DNA from: a bacterium
GTDB taxonomy: Bacteria > Electryoneota > JAOADG01
Direction: 5' to 3'
DNA: 64,000 nt
Assembly (NCBI GenBank): GCA_026417415.1
Contig: JAOADG010000012.1
Location: forward strand, 8,213 to 72,212
Under the pieces are notes generated by a model, which saw nothing but the letters and a program-made list of their open reading frames with translations, ran no database searches and was not told the DNA's origin. This document shows, one piece after another, positions 9,308 through 19,470 of this stretch (positions are counted from its first letter, which is position 1; each line of letters starts with the position of its first letter). The position numbers and the translations under genes were made by a program.

Positions 9308-11278
9308 TTATGCATGAACTTTTTTTCTAATCCAATTTTCTAATCCACCGACCACGATTAATTCCTGCGCTGAAGTTCCTACAGGTCCAATAGAAAACGA
9401 TTGATCACGGAATGTAATCGTTGAACTTGCAAAATGAATGGATATTTCCTCTTCAAGCCGAATCGTCAATTGATCTGTGCCTAATTGTTGTTTTAAGAAC
9501 TTAACGAAATCTGGCGATTCGACTACCAAAAAACCATTGTTTAATGCGTTTCTTTGATAGGTTTGGTTAAATGAACCTGCCACAACCAATTGAATTCCAC
9601 GGTACTTTAAAGCAGTAGCCGCTTGTTCTCGTGATGAACCCGTACCGAAATTAAAGCCACCAACCAAGATATCCCCTTTCTGAACAATATGTCGAAAATT
9701 TGGATCATAATTTTCCATCACCACTTCTGCTTGTTCTTCTGGGGTCATATCGTCTTTGTAGGTGTATTTGCCCGGATAAATACCATCGGTATTTAAATTA
9801 TCCTGATGACAGAAAACAATATTTCCCGTTACAGTTTCAGGAAATCCATCCACAATTTCTACTTTACTAGCAATTGATGGTCTTGAAAATTCAAACATAG
9901 AACTCTTGGGCAATTGGCTATCAAAAGAAACAGGACCGCAGATGTATCCATGAATTGCAGAAGCAGCAACAACGGCGGGAGATGCCAAATAGGCAATTGC
10001 TTTTGGAGAACCCATTCGTCCTTTGAAATTGCGATTGGTAGCAGAAATTCCAACTTCGTTGTCTTCTAACAATCCTTCACCTAATCCGATACACGGTCCA
10101 CATCCTGGAGGTAACTCAATTGCACCAGCTTGAATTAATTTCTGCCAATCTCCTCGACGTTTGCTTTCTTCTTGGACTTCGCGTGATGCTGCAGAAATAT
10201 AAAACTTTACCTCACTTGAAAACCGTTTTCCGTTGACAACTTCAGCTGCTGCTGCAATATCTTCTACACGGCTATTAACACAAGATACTAAGTATGCTTT
10301 GTGGATTTTAATCTTTTGTTTTTCAATATCTGTAACACTCTGCATGGTTTTCACATGATTCGGTCCAGAAACATAGGGTCTAACAGTAGATAAATCAAAT
10401 TCAATACGTTTTGCATATTGTGCGTCGGGATCTGCAGTTGGAGCAGTGAGTTGAATATGTTGAAGTGTTTGTGGGTTTAATCTTGGGTGTTGACCATTCC
10501 CATCAATATCTGAAGGAACTCCCTCTAATCCGCGTTGTTGAATAAATTGAACACGCTTTTCAAGCCAATCAAAAGTCACATCATCAATTGGAAACAAACC
10601 TACCAATGCACCCCACTCAGTGGTCATATTTGCAATTGCTAATCGTTGATCGATACTTAGTGTTCGTACTCCATCGCCACAAAACTCAATAGCATGATTA
10701 AGTACTTCGTCACGATTATACAATCCACACAAAGTAATTATCACATCTTTTCCAGTTACACCGGGTAGCAACGAGCCAGTGAATACCACTTGAACAATTG
10801 GTGGAACTTGCCACCAAGTTGTTCCTGTTGCCCAAATGGATGCTGCATCGGTACGAACAACCGGTGTGCCTAAGCAACCCAAACCACCATACATATTTGA
10901 ATGACTATCTGATGCAACAACAAAACTACCGGGGAATGCATAACCCTCTTCGCACATGATTTGATGGCCAATTCCACGTCCTGCTGGGTAGAAATCTACA
11001 CCCATTTCTTTTGCAAAATCGGAGATCCGTTGATACTTACGTAAATTTTCTTCTGATGTATCTTGGATGTTATGATCCAATGCGAAAACGGGTTGACGTG
11101 GATTTTTAATTTTTGGAACTCCAAGTTCTTTAAACTTTTTAATTACAGCACCAGTATTATCATGCGTCATAACATGTCGTGGTTGAATGGTTACATAATC
11201 CCCTGCATGCACTTCGTGATGCATCGGTAGATTTACAGCATAATTTTGGACGATTTTTTCTATCATTGTTTGTGGCAT
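9308..11278 (-). CDS. lysF: Homoaconitase, single-chain fungal Lys4/LysF type
   Basis: EKIVQ.YA, MTHDN, DSHSNMYGG.GCLGTPVVRTDAA.IWATG.TWW, Fe-S ligands SCVNSR and CGPCIG, fused swivel domain NLNTDGIYPGKYTY.DD and NFGTGSSREQAATA. Confidence 0.85.
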   Translation of the reverse strand: MPQTMIEKIVQNYAVNLPMHHEVHAGDYVTIQPRHVMTHDNTGAVIKKFKELGVPKIKNPRQPVFALDHNIQDTSEENLRKYQRISDFAKEMGVDFYPAGRGIGHQIMCEEGYAFPGSFVVASDSHSNMYGGLGCLGTPVVRTDAASIWATGTTWWQVPPIVQVVFTGSLLPGVTGKDVIITLCGLYNRDEVLNHAIEFCGDGVRTLSIDQRLAIANMTTEWGALVGLFPIDDVTFDWLEKRVQFIQQRGLEGVPSDIDGNGQHPRLNPQTLQHIQLTAPTADPDAQYAKRIEFDLSTVRPYVSGPNHVKTMQSVTDIEKQKIKIHKAYLVSCVNSRVEDIAAAAEVVNGKRFSSEVKFYISAASREVQEESKRRGDWQKLIQAGAIELPPGCGPCIGLGEGLLEDNEVGISATNRNFKGRMGSPKAIAYLASPAVVAASAIHGYICGPVSFDSQLPKSSMFEFSRPSIASKVEIVDGFPETVTGNIVFCHQDNLNTDGIYPGKYTYKDDMTPEEQAEVVMENYDPNFRHIVQKGDILVGGFNFGTGSSREQAATALKYRGIQLVVAGSFNQTYQRNALNNGFLVVESPDFVKFLKQQLGTDQLTIRLEEEISIHFASSTITFRDQSFSIGPVGTSAQELIVVGGLENWIRKKVHA

Positions 11279-11384
11279 GTTGACCTCTTACAGTTGAAAT
11301 GGTTTTTGAAAATTCATCTTTCTAAAAAAGTTAGACAAGGTTAGATGAAGCAACAAATTAGAAAAAAGGTTAGTATAGAAATTT

Positions 11385-12089
11385 ATGTGTGTTATACCTT
11401 ACCCTGAACCATTGGTTGAAGGGATTTTGTTAAAAAGATACAAACGTTTCTTAGCAGATGTCCAACTTTATTCTGGCGAAATTGTAATTGCACATTGTCC
11501 AAATCCTGGTAGGATGACTTCATGTTTATTCGTCCATGAAAAAATTCGTCTATTGCCTACTCCTAAAAATAAACTCAAATACAGATGGGTGCAATCTTAC
11601 ACTCCCTATGGATGGGCAGGAATTGACACCATGTTACCTAATGAATTGTTGTGGAAAGCGCTACAAAACGGATCGATACAAGAGTTAAAAGATACAAAAT
11701 ATATCCGTAAAGAATATCAAGTTGATCATTCGCGTTTTGATTTTTTTCTTCCTTATACAGAAAAAGAAGTAAAAGGGACACTCATTGAAGTAAAATCAGT
11801 AACGTGGTATGATGAAAGTGGTTTTTTATTCTTTCCAGATGCTCCAAGCAAGCGAGCAGTAAAACATTTACAAACCATGATTGAGTTTGTACAATCAAAG
11901 AAAATGAATGGAGTGGTAATCTACCTTGTTCAACATCCTAAAGGAAATCAAGTTTTACCAGCTGCACAAATTGATCCCCTTTATGCAAGAGTTGCAAAAG
12001 AAGCAGTAGAAATAGGGATCAAATTTTTCACCTATCGAGTACATTTTACTCAAAATTATGCGGCTTTAGATACGAATTTGCTCGCATAA
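11385..12089 (+). CDS. sfsA: SfsA family nuclease/DNA-binding protein
   Basis: KRYKRFLADV, AHCPNPGRM, SRFDF, IEVKSVT, FPDAPSKRAVKHL. Confidence 0.93.
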   Translation: MCVIPYPEPLVEGILLKRYKRFLADVQLYSGEIVIAHCPNPGRMTSCLFVHEKIRLLPTPKNKLKYRWVQSYTPYGWAGIDTMLPNELLWKALQNGSIQELKDTKYIRKEYQVDHSRFDFFLPYTEKEVKGTLIEVKSVTWYDESGFLFFPDAPSKRAVKHLQTMIEFVQSKKMNGVVIYLVQHPKGNQVLPAAQIDPLYARVAKEAVEIGIKFFTYRVHFTQNYAALDTNLLA

Positions 12090-12093
12090 CCTC

Positions 12094-12129
12094 AAAAAAA
12101 AACGGGACGAATGTTCGTCCCGTTTTTTT
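12094..12129. terminator. Bidirectional intrinsic terminator
   Basis: A9-CGGGACGAA-TG-TTCGTCCCG-T7 between convergent genes. Confidence 0.9.
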
Positions 12130-12144
12130 CATCATCTGTGAAAC

Positions 12145-14916
12145 TTACTTCAAGAGTAAAATTTTACGGCTTGCTTCGAACTTTCCTGCTTGCATTTTAA
12201 CGATGTAAGTACCGGATGCAAGTGCTTGACCTTGTGCATTCTTACCATCCCAAGATAGGATATGCGAGCCGGGCTGTAGTTCATTTTCTAATAAGTTTCT
12301 TACTTCTCGTCCATTGAGATCATAGATACGAATAGTAACCTTTGAAATGGTCGGAAGATCGAATCGTATGTTCGTTATACTATTGAATGGATTCGGGTAG
12401 TTAGGTTTGAGCTCGAACTTGTTTGGAAGTTCATTTACATAAACCTCAACTGTACGTCCAAAAGTAAACCCAGAACCATCAATATCTATTGAACGTAAAC
12501 GGTAGGAATAGGTTTGCCCCATAGAAACATTTCTATCTACAAATTCATACACGAAACCTTCCGATGATGTACCGCCTTCTGCTTGTGAACGTAATTCAGG
12601 ATTGGTTAAGAAACTAGCAATCTTGATATAATCTGAATTATTAGAACTTCTATAGATTTCAAATCCAGCATTGTTCGTTTCAGAAGCAGTTACCCATTGC
12701 AATGTGACGGTTCCATTTCGTGATCCACCAACAAACGATTCTAACTCCACTGGAAGTGCAGTATTTACATAGGGTAATGGGAAAGAACCTGCAGCGCTTG
12801 TAGACGAAGAGAAAGTAAAGCTTGAGGCACTGTTAACTGATGTATAAACTTGATCCAAATCAGATGCAGTGCTGCTGGTATTAATGGTCAAGAACAAATA
12901 CCTTGGTGTAGTGGTGATCGCTTGTGCTGAAAACGAGAACGATATTGCTGCTGGTGTGGTAAACGATGCTGTTGAACCAATTTGTGTATCACCACCGAAG
13001 GTTGCATCATTTGAAATCCAAAGTTTTACAGCAGTAATATCGGTGTTGTCGGCCGTCGTGAAAAAGTTTACGCCATCACCATCCATATCAAAAGTTACGC
13101 CTGTTAACATCGCAGTTCCATGGCTTGCAGAAAGATTAAGGCGATAAATGGGGGCATTGGTTTGACTTGCACCAACCCATGCCGCAACTAACGTCCCAGT
13201 TACATTCAACACATTTCCAGTTGATACATGGATTGTTCTACTAGAAAACTCTGTTCCGTTTGCGGGTAAGTCGTTGACAGTAATTTTCCAAGTATATGTT
13301 TGTCCAGCATCTAATGCACCATCACCTGAATAAGAATAATCCGAAGTTCCAGATATACTTGTAAGATTTAACGTCAATGATTTACTTCCAGAAGTTAGAT
13401 AACTGCTACCAGGTGTTATTGTTAACGTATGGTTATCGCCTGTTCGTTCAAAAGTGATGACAACTGATTGATAAGGTTCAACGTTTGTCCATGTAAAGAT
13501 CTGTGTGCCAGCAGGAACATAAGAGCCGTTAGAGGGTGAAGTTAAAGATGGTGCGACTGTTGACACATCATAAACAAAGCTAGCAAAATCCACATTACTA
13601 CTTGTATTTCCAACAATGTCATCGTAATAAAGTCGAACAGTATAAGTCGAACCGTTCACCAATGCTGTAGTGTTGGATTGCGAATGAATGGTAAATAGTG
13701 CATCACCGACATCATTCGAACTGGGAACGACTGAAAAAGAATTGCTATAGTAACGTAGTAATCCACTGTACCATCCTGAAGCAGTATTTGAAAATACAAT
13801 GGTTTGATGGGCAGTACCACCACTACGGAATTCTAAAGTAATGCGGTTTCCAGAAGATGATGCGGTTTCTGGAATGTTAAACCGAACTTTGATGGTATCA
13901 TCATCACGTCCTTGTTGGAAAGCACTGGATGGTAAATTTAAAGTAGGTGTAGCAGCAGTTATGTCATATACAAAACTTGTAAATTCTGCGTAGTTTGATG
14001 CTTTCCCAGTTTCTTTTGTATAAATCCGAACCGTATAAGTTGATCCATCAACCAATGCTGTATTGTTTGTTTGTGATGCAATAGAAAAAGTGTTATCTCC
14101 TGGATCAGCTGATCCTGTTGCAGTAAAGCTTCCTGCGCCACCAGGCGTATAAGTCAAATCACGACTATAAGAACCAGCCGTTTCTTCATTAAAAACGATT
14201 TCGTGTAAGACAGTTCCCCCTCCAGTGCGTATTTGCAGCTTAACTTCATTATCTACTGCGTTAACTGGGAGAGTATATCTTACTCGAATTGTATTGTTAT
14301 CACGTCCATTTTGAAATGATGCAGAGGGTATGTGCAGAGTGGGCGCAGCAGAAAGCAATTGAACACTCATGTAACTGTTTGTATAGATACCAGAGCCGAA
14401 TGCACTTACTGCACTTGCAGTACCCCAAGAAATACTGGATGCACGCCAAGCTGTAGCAACGTAATCAAAATCTTCGTTAATGTAAACCACACTGCCACGA
14501 ATTTGTATCGATTGAGTTCCAGTTGGAACTATAGTTGGAAGTAAGAAATACCCCGTAACAGTTCGATTGGATAAATCAGTATCGGTTACAGTAAAACGAC
14601 GTTTTGTTTGAGTGCTTGTTGCTGTTAAAGCAAACGATGCATTCGGTGTAGAAGAAGAAAAATATCTTACCTGAACTGTATCTGACTGGGTCAATGAAGC
14701 ACTTGTACCCGCAAGAGTTACCAATTCTGTAATACCAGTAACATCATCCAATCGGAAACGAATAAACACGGTATCGCCTACTGCAACAACATTATCAGAA
14801 ACACCTAAACTAGATGTCATCCCGATTGCATCAATTGTCTGTGCGTAGAGAATTGATGGCAGAATCAATAAAAAACTAAAGACAAGTAAAAGTTTTACTT
14901 TTTTCACAAAACGCAT
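12145..14916 (-). CDS. Large secreted Ser/Thr-rich beta-sandwich repeat protein with T9SS-type/FlgD-Ig C-terminal sorting domain
   Basis: Signal peptide; LPVELESF...W.TASETNNAGFEIYRS module; NYPNPFN...IYDLNGREV..L...WDG...SGTY...KILLLK tail; GAAGGAGG SD before ATG 14916. Confidence 0.85.
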   Translation of the reverse strand: MRFVKKVKLLLVFSFLLILPSILYAQTIDAIGMTSSLGVSDNVVAVGDTVFIRFRLDDVTGITELVTLAGTSASLTQSDTVQVRYFSSSTPNASFALTATSTQTKRRFTVTDTDLSNRTVTGYFLLPTIVPTGTQSIQIRGSVVYINEDFDYVATAWRASSISWGTASAVSAFGSGIYTNSYMSVQLLSAAPTLHIPSASFQNGRDNNTIRVRYTLPVNAVDNEVKLQIRTGGGTVLHEIVFNEETAGSYSRDLTYTPGGAGSFTATGSADPGDNTFSIASQTNNTALVDGSTYTVRIYTKETGKASNYAEFTSFVYDITAATPTLNLPSSAFQQGRDDDTIKVRFNIPETASSSGNRITLEFRSGGTAHQTIVFSNTASGWYSGLLRYYSNSFSVVPSSNDVGDALFTIHSQSNTTALVNGSTYTVRLYYDDIVGNTSSNVDFASFVYDVSTVAPSLTSPSNGSYVPAGTQIFTWTNVEPYQSVVITFERTGDNHTLTITPGSSYLTSGSKSLTLNLTSISGTSDYSYSGDGALDAGQTYTWKITVNDLPANGTEFSSRTIHVSTGNVLNVTGTLVAAWVGASQTNAPIYRLNLSASHGTAMLTGVTFDMDGDGVNFFTTADNTDITAVKLWISNDATFGGDTQIGSTASFTTPAAISFSFSAQAITTTPRYLFLTINTSSTASDLDQVYTSVNSASSFTFSSSTSAAGSFPLPYVNTALPVELESFVGGSRNGTVTLQWVTASETNNAGFEIYRSSNNSDYIKIASFLTNPELRSQAEGGTSSEGFVYEFVDRNVSMGQTYSYRLRSIDIDGSGFTFGRTVEVYVNELPNKFELKPNYPNPFNSITNIRFDLPTISKVTIRIYDLNGREVRNLLENELQPGSHILSWDGKNAQGQALASGTYIVKMQAGKFEASRKILLLK
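13555..14346 (-). repeat. Two tandem 132-aa (396-nt) internal domain repeats
   Basis: APTLHIPSASFQNGRDNNT...ALVDGSTYTVRIY...FTSFVYD versus TPTLNLPSSAFQQGRDDDT...ALVNGSTYTVRLY...FASFVYD; a third, more diverged unit starts APSLTSP. Confidence 0.85.
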
Positions 14917-15195
14917 TAGCAACCTCCTTCGCATTTTTAATTACAACCTAAAATACATCATCTTTTCATAAAAGCAAGAATCTAAAATCTTGAGCGGAAA
15001 AATTAAAGGTGATTTTGAACACTTTAAAGAGTGATCGTTCACATATTCTTAATAAACTCTTTCAAAGTTTTGTAAATACAAAAAATTTTGCGAAACTTTA
15101 CCTAACCTTCCGTTTAATCCAAAGATTAAAATAACCAACTGTTTTAAAAATAACAACCAATTTTTAAAGTTTGAGTATTATTGAAACTCAGAGAG

Positions 15196-15645
15196 CTAAT
15201 ACTTATCTCGTGGTATCAAGCCACTTTCAATGCTATCCTGTGTAGCTGGAATACCCCACCCCCATAACAAACCGGTTGCGATATCAATATATACGAATCG
15301 ATCCCTCCCACCGGGCATAGAAGGCAAACTTTGGGCTTCAACAGTATGTGCTGGGTTACCTAATAGTTCAAAAGACCAATGCTGCTTTGTTTCTTTATCT
15401 AAAATGACCCAATTTTTGGTTTGGGTCATATAGGTGATCGTTACAGGTTCATCGGCGGTCGCTGCGTATCTGTTGTAAGCATTTGCAAAATCTTTTAACG
15501 CCATTTGAACTTCTTTTTTAGCCATATACAAAGGGTACCAAGAAGAGATATACCACAGTAAAATTCCTAATAGCGCAATTCCTATGGCTAATAGTAAAAT
15601 GATTTTCAAAACCTCATTAACATTATCGCTACGTAAACCGGACAT
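15196..15645 (-). CDS. Single-TM protein with type IV pilin-like layout
   Basis: GGAGG SD before ATG 15645; hydrophobic helix, then an amphipathic helix and a short beta-rich head; no canonical G-FTLIE cleavage motif. Confidence 0.5.
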   Translation of the reverse strand: MSGLRSDNVNEVLKIILLLAIGIALLGILLWYISSWYPLYMAKKEVQMALKDFANAYNRYAATADEPVTITYMTQTKNWVILDKETKQHWSFELLGNPAHTVEAQSLPSMPGGRDRFVYIDIATGLLWGWGIPATQDSIESGLIPRDKY

Positions 15646-15721
15646 ACAGTGCCTCCAAATCACTTGTTGTTTTTTGCTATATTAAGATTTTCAATCAAAA
15701 GATACAAACAAAGGGGAAACT

Positions 15722-16879
15722 ATGTTTTTCAGAGCAAATCGGATGCAAAAATTGCCACCTTATCTGTTTGCTGGGTTAGAAGCAAAAGCGGAAGAGTTGA
15801 AATCCAAAGGCATTGATATTATTGACTTAGGTATCGGAGATCCGGATCTACCACCTCCAAAAATCTTTACGGATGCAATCAAAGCGTTTTTAGAACTTCC
15901 CAATGCTCATCTCTATCCAACTTCTATAGGTGATTTAGAGGTACGAAAAAGTATTGCTCGATGGATGAAAGTAAAGTTTCAAGTAGAGGTCGATCCTAAA
16001 ACTCAAATTTGTGTACTTATCGGTGCGAAAGAAGGACTGGCCAATCTTGCGCGTGCGTTCGTTAATTCTGATGATCAAGTTGCTGTTCCTGATCCTGCAT
16101 ATCCCGTTTATGCAAATGGTGCCACAATTTTATCGGATGGAATACCTGTTTATCTACCTTTATTTCAAAAGAATCAAATGCTTCTTGATGTTGATTTGCT
16201 TGATCAAAAGTTCAAAATGGTTTATTTGAATTATCCCAACAACCCAACAGGTGCCATTGCGACAAATGAGTGGTTTAGTCAATTATCAGAGTGGGCAAAA
16301 TCAAATTCAGAAACCATCGTTGTCCATGACAATGCTTATAGTGAACTTACGTTTTATGGATATAAAGCACCGTCATGGTTACAATTTTATGAAAATGGAA
16401 TTGAGTTTTTTTCGCTTTCTAAAATGGTTAATGCAACTGGTTTTCGTATCGGATTCGCAGTGGGACATCCTGAAATCATTCAAGCATTGGTAAAAGTGAA
16501 AACTCAATTGGATAGTGGAGCGCCTTTATTCATCCAATTGGCAATGAAGCAAATTCTGGATATGTATGACGAGTATGGAAATCCACCGCAAATAATCCTT
16601 GAAAATCTTAACGTTTATGGTGAACGAAGAAATGTAATGGAACAAGGTTTAACACAACTCGGGATGAGTTTTGTGAAAAGTCCTGCTACTTTTTATGTAT
16701 GGACAAAAGTTCCAGATGGGTGGGATGATTTAACTTTTACAGAGGCAGCGCTTGAAAAAGGCGTTATTCTCACTCCTGGAAGAGGGTTTGGCAATCAAGG
16801 AAAAAATTACGTGCGTTTTGCTTTGACTCAATCAACAGAAAGGATTCTTGCAGCGATTCAACGATTAAAAACGTTGTAA
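15722..16879 (+). CDS. Class I/II PLP aminotransferase, LL-diaminopimelate aminotransferase-like
   Basis: LPPYLFA, IIDLGIGDPD, LIGAKEG, PDPAYPVY, LNYPNNPTGA, HDNAYSE, SLSK...TGFRIG, VKTQLDSG. Confidence 0.85.
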   Translation: MFFRANRMQKLPPYLFAGLEAKAEELKSKGIDIIDLGIGDPDLPPPKIFTDAIKAFLELPNAHLYPTSIGDLEVRKSIARWMKVKFQVEVDPKTQICVLIGAKEGLANLARAFVNSDDQVAVPDPAYPVYANGATILSDGIPVYLPLFQKNQMLLDVDLLDQKFKMVYLNYPNNPTGAIATNEWFSQLSEWAKSNSETIVVHDNAYSELTFYGYKAPSWLQFYENGIEFFSLSKMVNATGFRIGFAVGHPEIIQALVKVKTQLDSGAPLFIQLAMKQILDMYDEYGNPPQIILENLNVYGERRNVMEQGLTQLGMSFVKSPATFYVWTKVPDGWDDLTFTEAALEKGVILTPGRGFGNQGKNYVRFALTQSTERILAAIQRLKTL

Positions 16880-17019
16880 CTATTGATTAAATGGAGTATT
16901 AAAGAAAAAGAAATTCACTGTAACTATTAAACGAGTAATCAAACAACGTCTGATTGAAAAGCGTTGTTGACGTTTAGGACACACTATATTTTCAAAGTGT
17001 AAATAAAAGATTTTCTTTG

Positions 17020-19260
17020 CTACTTGAGTAAGACCACCGTTTTTTGTTCAATGATTTGATGATTCGAGATTAAAACCAAATAATAAGTACCCGATGGGAG
17101 ACCATCAGCGTTCAAGAGAATCTCTTTTTGTTCGCGGTTACCGGTAAGTTCTCGGATTAATTTACCTTCTACAGAATACACTGCAATTTGATAATTCAAT
17201 CTAAATTCGTTGTGTATAACGATTCTCGTTGTTGAGTTAAAAGGATTTGGGTGAATACTCATCACATCAAATTGTTGTGGTATGTTAGTTTCACCATTTT
17301 CTTCAATGTTCAAAACGCGAATAGAAAAATTTGCATCAGACGTATCCGCAATTTCTACAGCCATCTCTAAGGTTCTTACTCGTACTCTGGCATTTTGTGT
17401 AGCAGGTCCAGTACATAGCCAAGAGTAAGGGCTACTAAGAACACTATCGCCAATGACTTCCCAGTTGCCCGATGGATAATTCCGATCAATTTCTAAACGA
17501 ACAGTTCCTACAATTCCATTTTGATTCCATAAGATCGCGTGACGATTTCCAGCAGTGAAAAGTTCATTACCATTGGGACGTGTTAATGTGATCGTTCCAT
17601 ATCCAATAGAAAAATTTTCATCACTAACACCACTTACTGCCGGATTCATTGTGTTGGTGCGTACACGAATTCGTGCTTGTGATGTTGTATCTCCAGTGAT
17701 TGTCCAAACAAAAATGCTTTCTGCGGTCACATTATTATGGATCAATTCCCATGGCCCGTTGGGATAGTTCCGATTGATTTCTATGGTCTTTGATCCTGTT
17801 ATTCCACTGGGTGCCCATTCAATGGTCATCCTAGAACCCACAGCGTAAAACTCGCCACCATTGGGCGTTTCCATAACAATACTTGCACCATTTACCATAA
17901 GATCTGCAGTCATGACAGGTCCCGAATTGCTTATTCCAAGAATTCCAACCTGTGTAGAAGTATTTGAGTAAGAGCGACTATTAGGGGTTGTAGAAGTATT
18001 GAAGTTACGGTTGTAACTAGTACCGGGATATGGATCACCAGCATCTCCTGAATTGACGTTTCTTTCTAAATCCCAACGTCCATCAGCTTGTTCTAGAGCA
18101 ACTCGGTAGTGACCAGAAGAAGTACGTCCCGGGTACCATTCATTGCGGTTGTGGCTTACAGTACGATCAATATGATAAATCAAAAGACCATCAGCAGGTA
18201 AAGCCGCATCATAACCAATGCGTTGACGATTTTCTAAAAGAAAGTACTGGCTACCGAGTGTGCCGTTTCGCCATAACCGATAGATTATGCCACTGGTTTG
18301 TACCGCAGGAATTTGTTGATTACTAAGGGTTGTGGTGACATTAATGGATGAGGTAACTCCCATAGCAATCTTACAGTAAGCATCTGGATGTGCTGGTGAA
18401 TTGCCACGTTGACCATTCCAAGAACCACCGGCCATTAAAGACCAACTTCCTAATCCTTCTGAACTATAATCTGTATCATACAGATCAGGTAAGCCAAAAA
18501 ATGAATGGCCCATTTCATGTGCAAATACACCACAAGTCATATCATTTGGATTTACCCAATATTCCGGCACTGTATTGTAATTTTGAATGGTTACACCATC
18601 TACGTTGACTGGGTTTGGTAAATTCCAAGCGTGTGACCATATATGATTGTTATTTCCAGTAAGTTCTGCACCGGGACCTGAGTGGACCACCATGAGACCA
18701 TCTACGATATTGTCTCCATCAAAATCATATTGAGAAAAATCTACGAAAGGATTGGCTAAAAGAATTGCGTCTTCAACCATTCGTTGAGCGTTTTGGGGAT
18801 ATGTACCAAAACCGTTTTGACCATTCGTATAGTATGAATACAACTGAGGTGCCCGAATCCAACCTACCATGCTCGGTGGATGAAATGTGGTAATGTAAAG
18901 TTGTTCACGGGAAATTTCACGAAAGTAATGTCTAACTTTACCAACACTGTTTCCGTACATTAAACTGTCAAAAAAACTCGCAGAGGTTTGAAAAGGTTGG
19001 TCAACGAAATCCACCAACAATAAAATGGATGGAAAATAAGTTGTATCTATTTCGTCTGCATTTCGTTGCCAACGTACCTGAACAGGTTGTTCAACACCTA
19101 AGTTTCTCAAGTGATTTTCATTGATTAAAAAATAAGGTTGAGTGATTGAACCTTCCCGAATGCGCTCTAAGAGTTCAGGAGATGGCGGCATCCCATAACT
19201 CAAGCCAAGTATACCCATCGTCAATACAACAGTGAATCCTAACCGAAAAATTAAATGCAT
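17020..19260 (-). CDS. M6-family (immune inhibitor A-like) secreted metalloprotease with C-terminal sorting domain
   Basis: GVFAHEMGH..FGLPDLYD, WSLMAGGSW, YFLLENRQ..GYD..LP..GLLIYHID, two PNG.E Ig-like repeats, PNPFN...VLLK tail. Confidence 0.92.
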   Translation of the reverse strand: MHLIFRLGFTVVLTMGILGLSYGMPPSPELLERIREGSITQPYFLINENHLRNLGVEQPVQVRWQRNADEIDTTYFPSILLLVDFVDQPFQTSASFFDSLMYGNSVGKVRHYFREISREQLYITTFHPPSMVGWIRAPQLYSYYTNGQNGFGTYPQNAQRMVEDAILLANPFVDFSQYDFDGDNIVDGLMVVHSGPGAELTGNNNHIWSHAWNLPNPVNVDGVTIQNYNTVPEYWVNPNDMTCGVFAHEMGHSFFGLPDLYDTDYSSEGLGSWSLMAGGSWNGQRGNSPAHPDAYCKIAMGVTSSINVTTTLSNQQIPAVQTSGIIYRLWRNGTLGSQYFLLENRQRIGYDAALPADGLLIYHIDRTVSHNRNEWYPGRTSSGHYRVALEQADGRWDLERNVNSGDAGDPYPGTSYNRNFNTSTTPNSRSYSNTSTQVGILGISNSGPVMTADLMVNGASIVMETPNGGEFYAVGSRMTIEWAPSGITGSKTIEINRNYPNGPWELIHNNVTAESIFVWTITGDTTSQARIRVRTNTMNPAVSGVSDENFSIGYGTITLTRPNGNELFTAGNRHAILWNQNGIVGTVRLEIDRNYPSGNWEVIGDSVLSSPYSWLCTGPATQNARVRVRTLEMAVEIADTSDANFSIRVLNIEENGETNIPQQFDVMSIHPNPFNSTTRIVIHNEFRLNYQIAVYSVEGKLIRELTGNREQKEILLNADGLPSGTYYLVLISNHQIIEQKTVVLLK

Positions 19261-19352
19261 AGGAATACCTTAAACTGGAAAAGAAAACAATGTAAAGGAA
19301 GAATGGTCACTAAAAAAACAGAGTTGGAGCATAATAAGAAGAATTACACTTG

Positions 19353-19426
19353 CGACCTCGGAGGGATTTGAACCCCCAACCCTCAGATCCGAAGTCTGAT
19401 GCTCTATCCAATTGAGCTACGAGGCC
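19353..19426 (-). tRNA. tRNA-Arg, anticodon UCG; CCA not encoded
   Basis: Minus strand reads GGCCTCGTAGCTCAATTGGATAGAGCATCAGACTTCGGATCTGAGGGTTGGGGGTTCAAATCCCTCCGAGGTCG; full cloverleaf with anticodon arm TCAGA-CT-TCG-GA-TCTGA. Confidence 0.96.
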
Positions 19427-19470
19427 TGTTTGAAGAAATAAAATAAAAAAAGGATTCAAAAAAGAAAACT

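Noticed and set aside
12145-19426. Possible genomic island integrated at tRNA-Arg
   Set aside because: No integrase, no duplicated tRNA 3' end found, and no evident compositional shift.
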